Assembly: GCA_012295275.1 (NCBI GenBank)
Contig: CM022674.1
Span: 2,790,001-2,854,000, forward strand
DNA length: 64,000 nucleotides
Origin: Chrysomallon squamiferum
Taxonomy: Eukaryota > Animalia > Mollusca
Direction of reading: 5' to 3'
In this document: positions 1 to 15,462 of the stretch, piece after piece
Layout: each line of letters starts with the position of its first letter
Position numbering within the stretch: the stretch's first letter is position 1
The notes under the pieces: generated by a model
The model's input: only the letters and a program-made list of their open reading frames with translations
Database searches by the model: none
What the model was told of the DNA's origin: nothing
Made by a program: the position numbers and the translations under genes

Positions 1-1376
1 CACGTCGAGTGCTGCTCTTATGGAGACGTAATGGTAGCAGCAGTAATGGTAATTTGAGGCAGGTAGTCGCTGTAGTAGTCTGGTTAATGGTGAGGGTGTT
101 GGTGGTGATGGTGATGTAGTGGAACAGACGTAATAGATGTATCAGGAGAGGTGGTAGTAGTTGGAACAATCACTGTTGTACCGTTTATTATTATTTCTAT
201 TATTTTACTTAGCTGAACTAGTAGTAGTAGTAGTAGTCGTAGTAGTCGTTGTAGTGGTAGTAGTAGTGGTGGCAACGGTGCTGGTAGTAGTTGTAGCAGT
301 AGTAGCTTTGTAATATTAGTTCTATTCCTGTTTTTAATTGTTGTCGCGGTAGAGTTGTAGCAGAAGTAGTTACGTAATGACAGAGTTGTGTAGTAGTAGC
401 ACTAGCAGTAGTAGTAGTAGTACCTGCAACAGCAGCAGCAACAACAACATTAATGGTAGAGCATATTTTAAAATATAATTAATAGTAACATTGACGTTAG
501 CAAAATGGCTGTTGGTAGCGGTCTTACTATTAATTATAGGTGAGCATATAATCAGTGATAGTGATTATGGTAGTTACTGCAGTTATTACGTAGTGGTAGT
601 GGTAATAATGACGTAGGCTGTGCAGTAGTAATGATAATAGCCTGTATGGTAGACGTAGTAGTAATACCAGCCGTAACAATAGTAATAATGTTGCCAATAA
701 TATTAATGGCAACCGTAACAGTATCTCATTTATCAACGAAAAGCGATTTATGTATGTCTGTTATTATTCTTTCTGTAAAAAAGTTATTTCTAATCCAACC
801 AGTGTATTTTTTCTTTTGTATCCAATGACTTTATTTCATCCCACTGTACTTACTGTCCCTCTCTGACACCTTAAGCGTTCGCTTTTTTTTTTTTTTTTTT
901 TATCACGTTTAAGGATTCCATGATTTGTCCTTCCACGATGCACGAACTAAATTACTTAATGTATTTTGTAAGCCAGACTTCGATCTGTAACATAACACTC
1001 TAGTGTTTGTTTTTAGCGTAATCCTGTTTCGTGTATAACTGCAGTATTGGATTTTATTCCGTAATTTGCTCAAGACAAGTTAATGTAATTTTGTAAACGC
1101 GGTGTATTTTATTTTAATGCATCTGTTAAGGTTTGTTATTGAAATGTTAAATCGATGTAGTAATAGAAGAACAGTTTGTAAAATAGACAGTGTGGGATGC
1201 TGGAATATTCATAACAAAAAAGCGGATTTAAACCAGCTCTGTCATTGCTTTTGTGGATGGCGTTTTCTTTGTTTTCTGGAGGGATGTAATTTAGAAGGTT
1301 GATGTTAATAGTCTAAGCTGTCAAATGTCGCAGGATCGATCTTTATTGTGTCTCTTGTGTACTGGCAGACTTTCTT

Positions 1377-1489
<113 letters not shown>

Positions 1490-1938
1490 GTCTGTCTGTC
1501 TGTCTGTCTGACTGTTTCTGTTGATAACATTGTTTTCCACCACACAACAATGTTACACCACAGACATGTACTATTAAAATGCACCGACAGGGGTTAAATA
1601 TCCATCTATTTCACTGGACAGCACAATACATCTTTGAGAGGTGAAATATTCTGAAGAACCGTTAAACTAATATTCATTCATTCTGCTTAAACTTTGCTAT
1701 TACTGACTGCGACTCCAGCGTGCTAGAATAGCTATAATTAGCCCAAAAATGAATGTCCTGGGTTATTACGATGAATCCAAGCTGACCAGCATGTAACACA
1801 CCTATCTGTCTGTGAGACTACTATCAGTCTATTCCTACGAACGTACGAACGTAAGTATTTACATCTATCAGTGTAAATAGTAGCCTTTAAATAGTAGCGT
1901 ATCTCCTATAAGCCTAACCAACCTAACGATGGACCTAC

Positions 1939-2590
1939 TGGCCTATTTGTTTACCAGCCTAAAGTCTTACCCACCTACTTGCCTACCAGTCTGATTATTT
2001 ACTAGCCTACTTGTTTACCAGCCTAAAGTCTTACCCACCTACTTGCCTACCAGTCAGGTTATTTACTAGCCTACTTGTTTACCAGCCTAAAGTCTTACCC
2101 ACCTACTTGCCTACCAGTCTGCTTATTTACTGGCCTACTTGTTTACCAGCCTAAAGTCTTACCCAGCTACTTGCCTACCAGTCTGCTTATTTACTGGCCT
2201 ACTTGTTTACCAGCCTAAAGTCTTACCCACCTACTTGCCTACCAGTCAGGTTATTTACTAGCCTACTTGTTTACCAGCCTAAAGTCTTACCCACCTACTT
2301 GCCTACCAGTCTGCTTATTTACTGGCCTACTTGTTTACCAGCCTAAAGTCTTACCCACCTACTTGCCTACCAGTCTGCTTATTTACTGGCCTACTTGTTT
2401 ACCAGCCTAAAGTCTTACCCACCTACTTGCCTACCAGTCTGCTTATTTACTGGCCTACTTGTTTACCAGCCTAAAGTCTTACCCACCTACTTGCCTACCA
2501 GTCAGGTTATTTACTGGCCTACTTGTTTACCAGCCTAAAGCCTTACCCACCTACTTGCCTACCAGTCAGGTTATTTACTAGCCTGCTTGC
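1939..2590. repeat. Minisatellite, 64-bp unit x ~10, built from four related 16-bp subunits
   Basis: GCCTACCAGT recurs at 1981, 2045, 2109 and onward (period 64). Unit = CTACTTGTTTACCAGC / CTAAAGTCTTACCCAC / CTACTTGCCTACCAGT / CTGCTTATTTACTGGC (variant CAGGTTATTTACTAGC). Confidence 0.97.
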
Positions 2591-3560
2591 TTTCAGTCCT
2601 ATAAGCCTTTCATAATACCTACGGACTACCTATCCATCCTCCTGTACGACTGGCTATTCGTACTACTGCCTATCCTTCGTGATTCTGCTGGTCAGTCTTG
2701 CCCTACACTTTTGTTTAACCGTCCGAAACAAACAGCAGTATTCGTGACACGTGGTGTGGTTTGTCATTAACCCTTAGACAGGCAGTTCACGTCTTAAATC
2801 AACTCTCGAGAAACCATCTGTATCTGCTTCGTGGTCAAGTCTCAATTAAGCGAAATACTACGTCATTAAATCGTCCACGGATCATTATGGGTTATTAGAA
2901 GCGTTGCCTTGGTAACTCTCGCCAGAGGAAACTGACGTGGAAGTTCAGGGGTAAGGAGTTGGTTTGGAGTGCTACGGGTCGTAAGATCGACTGACGATGG
3001 TTACTTCTTTAAGCTTGTATCGTTGATATGAGATCTGTAAAAAAAAAAAAAACACTATTTTATACAAGAGTAAAACGAGTTTGCTTGAGGTCATGGGATC
3101 GATTGGCCACTGTTATTTCTCTATATCTTTAGTTCGATTTTATCTTGTCCTTTGTGGGTGACGAAATGAAATTTTTCTGTTTTTTGTTTTAAATTCTTAC
3201 TTTCTTTCCTTGCTTTCTAGTTTTTTAAATTGTTGTTTTATCTTTCTTTTCGTTCCTTCCTTTCTGACTTTGTGTGTGTGTGTGTGTGTATGAATGTGTG
3301 TGTGTGTATGTGTGTTTCTGCATGTGTCAGCGTGTGTGTATGTATGTATACATGAAGTTGTCATTGTAATTTATGAAAATAATCTTTAAATTCAATCAGT
3401 TATTATGTATTAGATTACATAATCTTACTGAGAATAATAATAAAATTCCGATAATTTTTTTATACCGACTACAAAATACCTATTTAGACTGGGTTTTCGC
3501 TTTCGATACGCTTTTACTCTGCATATAAATCTATTGATTGATTAACTTCAATATGTTACC

Positions 3561-3622
<62 letters not shown>

Positions 3623-3978
3623 TATCAACAGAAAAGAAAAGAAAAAAGAAACAATAATCGGTAACTGTGTAATAATGGAAGGATAACAACAATAGCAATT
3701 TTCTGATGAATATAATACAATAATTAGTTTCAGCTGCAAATATTGTCACATCAAATAAAAGGATTTTTCTGACTGATTCTAGACATTCAGATGCTTGTTT
3801 GTGTTTGGTGTACATTAATGTAATTTTCGGTGTTTTGTTTTAATCTTTGATCATTTTTTTATTTTGTCAATATGGTTTACAGTAGATACGTTACGAAAAG
3901 ATAACTATTATTATTGTTACTCAGACATTTTCTGAACAATATCACAAGTTAGTGACATAGGATTTTTAAAATTATGTT

Positions 3979-4099
<121 letters not shown>

Positions 4100-4310
4100 G
4101 TCTCTCTCTATATATATATCTATAACATTACCAGTCTGTCTATCACTGTCTATCTATTTACTGATGTATTGATATCCTTCTTGTTCAGTTCCAAAGCTCA
4201 GCAGCTCGTGTTTTAGAACGAAGAAAAAGTTAACAAGAATAATCAAAACTCAAACAATGAAACAAACAGAACAAAAGAAAAACATAAATAATAATAATAA
4301 CACCAACACC

Positions 4311-4388
<78 letters not shown>

Positions 4389-6642
4389 AATAATAATAAT
4401 AATAACAATACTACTGATGATAATAATAATAAATAAATAAACAAAATATCAGGAACGCGAGGTTTCAATTCTTTGTAGGCTTTTAATCTAGTTCATTAAC
4501 AACCTGACGGATCGATTCTTGAAAATTTCATTCTTGGCTTATTCGCAAATTAATCTCTGTCTTATTCTGTGTTTTTACTAACGAACGCACCGCGGGGTAT
4601 CCACTCAGCTTTTAATTAATGTATTAACACAACATGCCATGTCGAAAAGCATATCATTTGCAAGCAAAGTCCCCTCTGGCGTGAGTTCTGATTGAAGCAC
4701 TGAATGCACTGTCTTTCTAATCCGAGATTACGTTAGCTATTGTTAACGTGTATCACGATATGAGATACAGAATCATTTTTCATTCGATTTCTTTTCCTGT
4801 TTTGGAAATCGGTTATTAAAAGTCTTAAATTTTTTTATAAGGTTTCAGTAGTTCATTTGTAATCATGCATTTGTTTTGTATTAGGTATTATTTAAAAAAA
4901 AAAAAAAATAATAATAATAATAATAATAATACATTTTGAAAAAAAGAAATGAAAAGATATTTGCTTTGAATATCGTTGAACATCTTAATCAGCATGTATT
5001 TTTAAACAGCTGAATGACTGAACGTATTCTTTAAAAAAAAAAGCTAATTTTTATTTTTTGTTAATTTGCCTCTCAGTAGAAATATTGTAGACGGGAAGTT
5101 CCAAAAGCTATTATCATTACTACTGCGTCATGATTACCACTACTACTACTACCGTAATAACAGCGGTAACTGCCGTTATTACCATCACTGATTCTGTCGT
5201 CATCTTTTACTACAATTAATATTATTGTATTGTTATTATTATTATTATTATTAATGTTCTCTGATTTTCTATTTTAGTTTTTCTTAATATATATATATAT
5301 ACTTCAAAAATGGAATCATAATAAAGATTGCAAAAACGACATCGTTATAATAATAATATAAAAAAAACTTTTAAAAGATAGCGTAGAAACCCCGAAATGG
5401 TACAATTCTTGACCACGATATTTACATCGATCTCACCTTAAATCGTTATTTATTTTTATTCAACTCGAAAGAAGAAATCATTGTTTACTCAATACTCGTC
5501 TCGTTTCATAAACAGACTTTCCATTTCCTGAAAAATAATCATTATTGTTTCGTACGTTCGACCTGAAATCGTTTTATTTCTTCTTCTTCTTTTTTTTTTT
5601 AAATTTTTATTTTTTTTTCTCAAATGTACTCTGCTAGTATATAAATCAAATTATAACAGCGGACGAGACTTGTAACTTATCAAACAATACTCTGAAAAGC
5701 ATAGCATGCCGCCATCACTTTTTATTTCAGCCAGTGCTCTAAAGGTTGAAGAAACAGTCGCAAATATGAACTAGAACGAGGAACTTGATAATCAATAAAA
5801 ATTAATATCTTCTGCCGTGTCAGGCTGTAACCACCATAGTTAAGGTGATGAATTTAGAGGGCTGCGAGGGAATTGTCAAATGTTTTTTTTTAGTTCGAAA
5901 TGTGGAATTTGATCTATGCATTCTAAATGTGAGATGATGCACTGGATGACCTGAATACAGGACAGGACAATTTATTGTCAAAGTATTGGGTTGTCAATAA
6001 ACATGCACAGTTAAAAGCTATTTGATTTTCATGATTATATATATACACACATACACAAAGTTTGATACTAGTTCTATTGGTGAGTTTAATATGTAATATT
6101 TATGAAAGAAAAGACTTCCAGCACAAATAAAATTATAACATATCTCTGTCTCTATCTATATCGACATCTTTATGTGTTTGTGTGTGTGTGTATATGAATG
6201 TATTTAGATTTAGAATAGAGGTATATTGAGAGAGAGAGAGAGAGAGAGAAGGACGAGAGGACAGATAGACAGATTGAGGGACGGAAGATAGACAGATACT
6301 GATGTAATGACAGACAGGCAGAAATAAAAATAAATAAAATGGTTCTAACCGTATTAAATCATTTTGCCGTGATCATTTAGTTTAGCTTGATAAAGTGTAA
6401 TAATAATAATAATGATGATGATGATGATGATGATAATAATGATAATAATAATAATAAAATAATAATAATCATAATTATAATAATAATATTAATAATAAAA
6501 ATAATAATGATAATAATATACTACTACTAATACTACTACTACTAATGATGATGATGATAATAATAATATTAATAATGGTGAATAGGATGATGATCATGAT
6601 ATTGATAAAAATAATAGTAATATATTAAGTATATTGATTTTG

Positions 6643-6682
<40 letters not shown>

Positions 6683-7077
6683 ACAAACACACAAAAAGAC
6701 ACACATACACCAACACACATATACACATTACATACAATTATAAATATAATCTTTATGACTTAACTTAAACAGACCTGTTTTCAAGAAATCTACGACAAAA
6801 CCTAAATGCACTCAGCAAAATGTTTAATTTCATTTTCTTTGACGTCATTTGCCGCATAATTAAGTTTTTGCCAGACGAACAAACATGGAATTGCCTTTGA
6901 GAACATCGCTTGAAATATCCTTATTTTCTTCATCCTTTTATTTTCGTTCCATAATTTATTTTAAGTTTGTTTGATACGTAAAAGAAGTTTTACTTCGCCA
7001 GTAGGGAAAACACTTCGTCTGGTCTCTGTTTAAAAAAGAAAACAGCTTTTAGCTTAGTGGGTGAAACGTCAAACTAG

Positions 7078-7200
7078 AATTGAAATGCGTCTTTAAATTC
7101 AATAACAAAAATAATGATATTGATCTATTGGTTATATTGCACACACACGAACACACACACACATATATATAACTTAATTCAGATAGAAAAAGACACAGGT

Positions 7201-7292
<92 letters not shown>

Positions 7293-7419
7293 TATATATA
7301 TATATATATATATAGACAATTGAAAAATGTCTTTAAATTCAATAACAAAAATAATGATATTGATCTATTGGTTATATTGCACACACATGCACACACACAT
7401 ACACATATATATGTATATA

Positions 7420-7457
<38 letters not shown>

Positions 7458-7527
7458 AATATAACCAATAGATCAATATCATTATTTTTGTTATTGAATT
7501 TAAAGACATTTTTATATATATATGCAT

Positions 7528-7572
<45 letters not shown>

Positions 7573-7588
7573 CTATCTAAATTATGTT
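7078..7588. repeat. Tandem duplication plus inverted (fold-back) duplication of a ~60-bp unique segment and its microsatellite flanks
   Basis: GTCTTTAAATTCAATAACAAAAATAATGATATTGATCTATTGGTTATATTGCACACAC occurs at 7089 and 7329 (period 240), and as its reverse complement at ~7450-7507. Outer arms AACTTAATTCAGATAGAAAAA (7171) and TTTTTCTATCTAAATTATGTT (~7568-7588) are also complementary, with 2 mismatches. Confidence 0.95.
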
Positions 7589-8693
7589 TTTTTTTGTTCT
7601 CGAAACATGCTTTAAAAAAATGAAAAAAGAAATAAGAAAAACAAAAAACAAAACAACAAAATAACCCACAGAAAAACATGATTAATAAAAATATTAATAC
7701 ATAAATAAATAATGAAAAAATAATGAAAAAATCAGTACATAAATTGCTGTTCCTTTGGCTTCTTAGTCTTTGAAGTAGCACTTAATTTGGAGTTCATAAG
7801 ACTCGTTTTTATTTTTATTATATATATATATTTCTCTACGAAACTATAAAACTATATTTTATTTTTTAAGGAAACAAAAATACCAACTGAAAAAAATCAT
7901 TCAGCTATGATAGTTTCCTTTTCATTCGAAATTTAAATTTTTTAAATCTCTTTTTATTTTTTATTTTTTCATCTTCTTCTTTTTAAAGGTATTATTACTA
8001 TTATTATGTGTCGTTGTTATTGTTATTGTTGTCGTCGTCGTTGTTGCTAATCAAAGGCGATAGTAAACTGGAATATCTGTTATACAGAAAAAGCTTTTCT
8101 GACCTTTCCTGTCCATTTTGTTATTGTACACAGTGCGAATGTTTAAATTCAGTCAGATTAATTTCTGAACTGAAATCGAAAACTATGACGTCACTGTACA
8201 CGTAAATCACGCTGCGCATGCTCATAAAGAAAGAAACACGATTACTAGTTTACTGTCCGACATGAGAAAATAAAACCCGCTTGTCACTGCAGAGGATAAT
8301 TTGTTTTGTGTGACAAACCACGAGCCAAAACATTTCATAGATGTTGGCCTGATTCATTGCACGGCATTAAGTTGAAGTCTTTGGTTTAAAACACTTCGTG
8401 ATCGACCTCTGGGTAATTTTCTAAAGAAAGCACTCGATGTTTAACTGTGTTAAAAGTGACAGCAGCGTTTAGAAAATAAACTTGAAGTCGAATCAGATTC
8501 GGTTCTGTGTCCGTCATCGCGGTTTCGTTAATGACGTCAAATATCCAGAGCCTCTCTTTCGGTGAAGAACGATTTATTAAATTGTGCGAAAACGGACCCG
8601 TTTTTTTTTCTTTTTCTTTTTCCCCTCGGTCTTAAATTTCCTTGTCTCTCTGACAAGCTGGTTAGTTGTGATGTCGGAGTACGAAGTTAAATA

Positions 8694-8730
<37 letters not shown>

Positions 8731-8881
8731 AATGTTACAAATATTTCCATCAACGAGCTAAAAGCCTAAAGATTTGAGATGAAAAACAAAAAAATAAATA
8801 AAAAGTAACAAATGATGGCGTCAGTGTTAAAACATGTAAGTGAAGTCTTCAATTTCCTTTTTACAAACATCGAGATTTTAG

Positions 8882-8918
<37 letters not shown>

Positions 8919-9368
8919 TTTGTAGAAGAAACAGTTGTTTTAGAAGTATTAAACATTTGAAAACAGCTACTGTCAAAAAAAATCAATTAAAAAAAATCAC
9001 ATAGCGTTACTGTTTAATCTTCGACACGGCATCACATCATCTGAACAAATAGAAGTATCAGTAGTTGAAATATTACCAGCATCTGGAAATGTTATCTAAT
9101 AATCTTCATGTAATAACATTTCACCGCGGAGTTCACTACTGCAGCTGTCACTCTTGCTACAACAACAACAACAGCAACAACAACTACTACAACTATTACT
9201 ACTACTATTTATCATAATGATAAAATAATAAGAGCAACATAAATATTATTGCAAAATCTCAATAAATACCTACCAACATATATACGTACAACATATCATA
9301 AACAAACAAATAAACTGATAGCAAAAGAAAAGAAAATATCAATAAAAATAATAGTGTTACTATAGTAG

Positions 9369-9486
9369 TAATAATAATAATAATAATAATAATAGTAATA
9401 ACAATAATAATAATAGTAATATAATAATAATAACAATAATAGTAATAATAATAATAGTAACAATAATAATAATAATAATAATAATA

Positions 9487-9517
<31 letters not shown>

Positions 9518-9592
9518 TCATAATAACAATAATAATAATAATATTAATAGAACAATAAAAGAAAAAGAAAAAAAAAAAATTTCAAAAAACAG

Positions 9593-9659
<67 letters not shown>

Positions 9660-9672
9660 AAAAAAAAAAAAA
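9369..9672. repeat. (AAT)n microsatellite followed by a long poly(A) tract
   Basis: Degenerate (AAT)n at 9369-9545 and an uninterrupted A run of ~60 nt from ~9595. Confidence 0.95.
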
Positions 9673-10092
9673 CAACAGAAGACGAATTAACTATTAGATA
9701 AAAACCAATTGGTTATGTTGATGTCTGTGCTCAGTTGCAGGCTGTGTTAACGGATTTGACGAGATTAAGGAGCACATAACAGTAAAACTGATGCAAGTGC
9801 GAATGGTCTGCTTACAGTAGGATTCGTCGTTACACGCAGAATTTTCTCTCAGGACCAGAAAAACTCGATTCCGCCATGGACTGTCAATGCGATATGATGA
9901 CAGAGGATTTACTAACTTGTAAAAATTTTGGTTGGTAAGTTAAGTATTGCTTATATAGTCATTAATAATATATTTATATTTTTCCAATAATATTCTATTT
10001 TGGGGCTTTTTTAAAAATCTATTTTGTTAATTTGTTTTGATTTTATATATGTATTCCACTGAATTGTAAAGCATTATTACCCCATGACGTAT

Positions 10093-10513
10093 CATACCAT
10101 ACCATACTGTACTATACCATAGCGTAAAATACCATACCATACCATACCATACCATACCATACCATACCATACCATACCATACCATACCATACCATACCAT
10201 ACCATACCATACCATACCATACCATACCATACCATACCGTGTAATACCATACAATATCGTACGTACCTTTCTGTATCCTAATGTACGTAACATACCATAC
10301 CACACCATACCATACCATACCATACCATACAATACCGTGTAATACCATACAATACCGTACGTACCTTTCCGTACCCTAACGTACCGTACCATACCGTACC
10401 GTACCTTACCATACCATAATGTACCATACCATACCATACCATACCATACCATACCGTACCGTACCGTACCGTACCGTACCATACTATGCCGTACCATACC
10501 ATACCATACCATA
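10093..10513. repeat. (ACCAT)n pentanucleotide satellite with ACCGT variants and an internal ~99-bp duplication
   Basis: Pure (ACCAT)n at ~10130-10235. CCGTGTAATACCATACAAT...GTACCTTTC recurs at ~10237 and ~10335. It produces the spurious 'MVWYG' ORFs. Confidence 0.97.
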
Positions 10514-10554
10514 GAGCACTGCTCAAGACTGCACTATATTACAGTATATGTCTC

Positions 10555-10945
10555 TGTATTATACTACACTACACTATATTATATTACACTATGCTGTGCT
10601 AGTCCATTCTGTAGTACATTACACTATACTACACTATACTATATTACACTATGCTGTGCTAGTCTATTCTGTAGTACATTACACTACACTACTCTATACT
10701 ATATTACACTGTGCTGTGCTAGTCCATTCTGTAGTACGTTACACTATACTACACTATACTATATTACACTATGCTGTGCTAGTCTATTCTGTAGTACATT
10801 ACACTACACTACACTATACTATATTACACTGTGCTGTGCTAGTCCATTCTGTAGTACGTTACACTATACTACTCTATACTATATTACACTGTGCTGTGCT
10901 AGTCTATTCTGTAGTACATTAAACTACACTACACTATAACCATAC
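10555..10945. repeat. Minisatellite, 60-bp unit x 6 (alternating A/B variants giving a 120-bp higher order), composed of 5-bp subunits
   Basis: Six consecutive 60-nt lines are near-identical (ACACTATACTACACTATACTATATTACACTATGCTGTGCTAGTC[C/T]ATTCTGTAGTACATT). The AGTCCATT and AGTCTATT variants strictly alternate. Confidence 0.97.
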
Positions 10946-11722
10946 TACTAACATACCAGTATGGAACAACTTATACTATTTATCTGTATAAATTGGTAAA
11001 ACAAGCTAATGGAGTTCTTGTATTTTTAATTATTATTATTTGTTTTTTTAATAAATCTATATTCTTCAGAGTTATGTTACTGTTTCTACATTACAACGTT
11101 TAAAAATAAACTTGGTTTAAACTGTTAAACCACATCAAATAGAAAAAAGTAAAACATCGCGGGACTTTGTGAAGAAATTAAATAAATCCTGTTAGTACTG
11201 TACTGATACGCCATTTCTGTTTAGAGTCAAGCAATCTGGATTAAATGAGACCAACACATTTTATTACTCGAAATTTGTTCTGCCACATATCTTCATCCCC
11301 TGCATCCTAAACCCACTCTGGCATTTTAACCCATTGGCAAAAGACGATGAATATTCAACAGTTATTATTAACAAAAAAAAAACACAAACATACAATTTTA
11401 TTTTCCAAATATCTGCTCTCTACAGCTGATCGTACTGAATTATCTGGGGCTTCGGATGGATTTGTAATGGAAAATAGTGATGCTAAAACAAACACGTGTT
11501 ACTGCAGTTAGCTTCTCTTACAAGTGATGTGTAAATATAAGCTTCAGATACTTGTTCTGCAGAGTGCTGTTCTTTGCCATGGACTGTCGATGGAGTAAAT
11601 ATTGAGGTTCTCTTGAGACATCTTTGGATTACGCTGGCTTTAGTTCTATTAGAGAACGAGGCATTTTATGTTCATAGTTTGACATTTTTGAAAAAAAATG
11701 ATTTGTCTCTTTTTTATAGCTG

Positions 11723-11757
<35 letters not shown>

Positions 11758-12580
11758 GTGTGCATGCGTGTGTGTGTGTATGTCTACATATATATTATTC
11801 GTCACACACCGATAAAAACAAACACACATACACACATACATACAAACACGTGTGTATGTGTGTATATACATGTATTTTTATGGGTATATCTCTCTCTCAC
11901 TATTGCTGATGTTATTGTTGTTGTTATTGTTGCTCTTCTTCTTCTACTTATTATTATTACTATTATTATTATATTATTATTATTATTTTATTATTATTGT
12001 TATTATTATTAGTAGTAGTAGAAGAAGTAGTAGTAGCACTGTCAATTCCAAGTTATAACTTTCTAAATAAAACTTGATAAAAGGAGAAAACAATTAATCA
12101 CTAATTCTATAATGAAATACCGAAACCCTATCTCACTGAACACTCCTCAGTCCAAATTACGGGTATTGCTTCTTAAACTTGTGATCCTGCTCTGCCAGAG
12201 ACCGTGAAAGAATGAGTCAATTAAACTAATGAAATATCACCATACTCATCTAGCCATACTCCTACTACCTCTCACTTGAACCGGGATCGGCATAATGATA
12301 CACATAGGATGCAGATTATCTTTCCTAAGCTGATGCTGTCCCTTGCGGGGTTTCTACTGTAAGTGAATCACTTAGAGGTCTTTGATGATGCGACAGTCTG
12401 GTGGGTTCGCTTTGAAGAACGTAAGCTCGTGCTGAGTAAGGGGATTCGATCCCAGCAGTAAGAAATCGTTTTCTCTGTTGTGATCTTTTTTTTTTTTCAG
12501 TCGATGACAAGAATGAAACTACAAAACAGACAGAAAGATACAGACAAAGAACGAGAAAGAACAGATTGTGGAGAGGGAAG

Positions 12581-13560
<980 letters not shown>

Positions 13561-15400
13561 CGATATTTACAAAGATATAAAACGTGAGAGATTTTCTTTC
13601 ATCTGACTGACAAGGTCACTGAGGTTTGCGTGACGTGCGTGATCACTGCGGACAATTCCTGTTTTATTAGAAAGTCTTGTACGTTTCCATTTAAATCTTA
13701 ATCAACGTGGCCGTCGTTACCAAGCAGATGACCCCGCGGCGACTAATGCAGATCAGTCTGTTTAGACTTTGTCACAACGTTCTGGCACGTAATGCTTACA
13801 GTTAGTCTGGGTATTCTTTTGTTCTGATGGTAGTGTTTTGTTAAACAAAAAGAAAAGGTATGCAGAAGTGAATTTAATAGTCTTTGTTATAGTAATTAGA
13901 ATAGTTGTAGTAGCACTAGTTAGTAGTTGTACTAGTAGAAGTAGAAGTACTAGTAGTGATGGTATTTTTATAGTGTAGACGTATTAATAAATTACTAATA
14001 GATTTAGTAACAGAAAAAAGATGGTGGTAGTAGTAGTTGTAAAATAGTGGTATTAGTATTAGTAGTAATAGTATTAGTAGTAATAGTAGTATTAGTAATA
14101 ATAATAATAACAGTAATAGTAAAATGGTAACTACTAGTAGTAGTGGTAAAATTAGTGAAAATAGTCGTAGTAGTAGTGATGGTTGTCGTAGTGGCAGTTG
14201 ACACAGTAATAAACGTAGCTGCAGAAGCAAGTAGTAGAAATTGGTTGGTAACATTAGTTCTAACACTGGTAACGGTAGTAGTTGTAGAAGTAACTATCGT
14301 TGTATAGGTAGCAGAACTAACAGAGTTGTTGTCATAGTCGTACTAGTTTTAATTGTATTGGCTTAGTTATATTACTGATAATAGTATTAGCAATAATAGC
14401 TGTGGTAGTAGCTGATGTTTTAGTATCACTAGTTACCGTAGCAGCAGCAACATAAGAGAAGTAATAACAGTAAAAATATTATCAGTCGCAGTAGATGTAG
14501 TAGCAGTAGTAGTAGTAATAGTGGTAGATGTAGTAATATGAGCTGTAGCAGCAACAGAAACAGTAAAAGCATCTCTGACGATATTCTTTAACTTTTGGAA
14601 AGTTCATGTTCTCCTAATGTAATGTAATAATGATCGAATCAGAGCGTTCTTTCTTTGCCCAGACAAACAAATGAGTTCTTATGTCAAGTTATAATCATTA
14701 CAAATTTCGACATTTTTCTTTCCAAGGCCAGAGTTAATCAATTAGAAAATTCTCTTCTTTTTTTTTTTTTTTCATTTTTTTTTTTTTTTTTTTTATTAAA
14801 AAATGCCAGACATATATTTTTTTTTCTCTGTCAAATTACACATTAATCTAATAAATGTAATGTTGCTTGCTAAGGAAAATGCGACGAATTGGAAACGTTT
14901 TTTGATTCGTTGAAATTTTTAGAATTCAGTTTTCGTGTTTCCAGTTTATGTTCGTACAACGTTGTGTTTTATACTGTGTTTACAGTTTTACAGGTGTTTA
15001 GAAAATTAACTTATTTTTGATGTTTATGATGTTTTTTTGTTTTTTTTTAATTTAAGAAGAGATATGATTAATGAAAGGATTAATGAAATGAAATAATGCA
15101 ACCAAAGTAATCACACTAGCATTACAACCATTACAATCACCATCTAACAGTTATTAGTCACTATATTACAATCACCACTACAGTCACCATTAGAATAACT
15201 ATCACGGTCCCTACCGCAATCATCACTACGACCGCAACCACTGAAAACACAACGACTACTACCACATCATATCAGTCTCTAGAACCATCATGTCATGACT
15301 ACTAACAAGTCCATTATAATCACCATATTATTACTGTTATTATTATTGTTATTGTCATCATTCATCATCATAATTATTATTATTATTATTGTTATTATTA

Positions 15401-15462
<62 letters not shown>

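Noticed and set aside
9593-9672. Long poly(A) as the tail of a processed pseudogene or LINE
   Set aside because: The upstream sequence is (AAT)n microsatellite, not a retrocopy body; no TSD.
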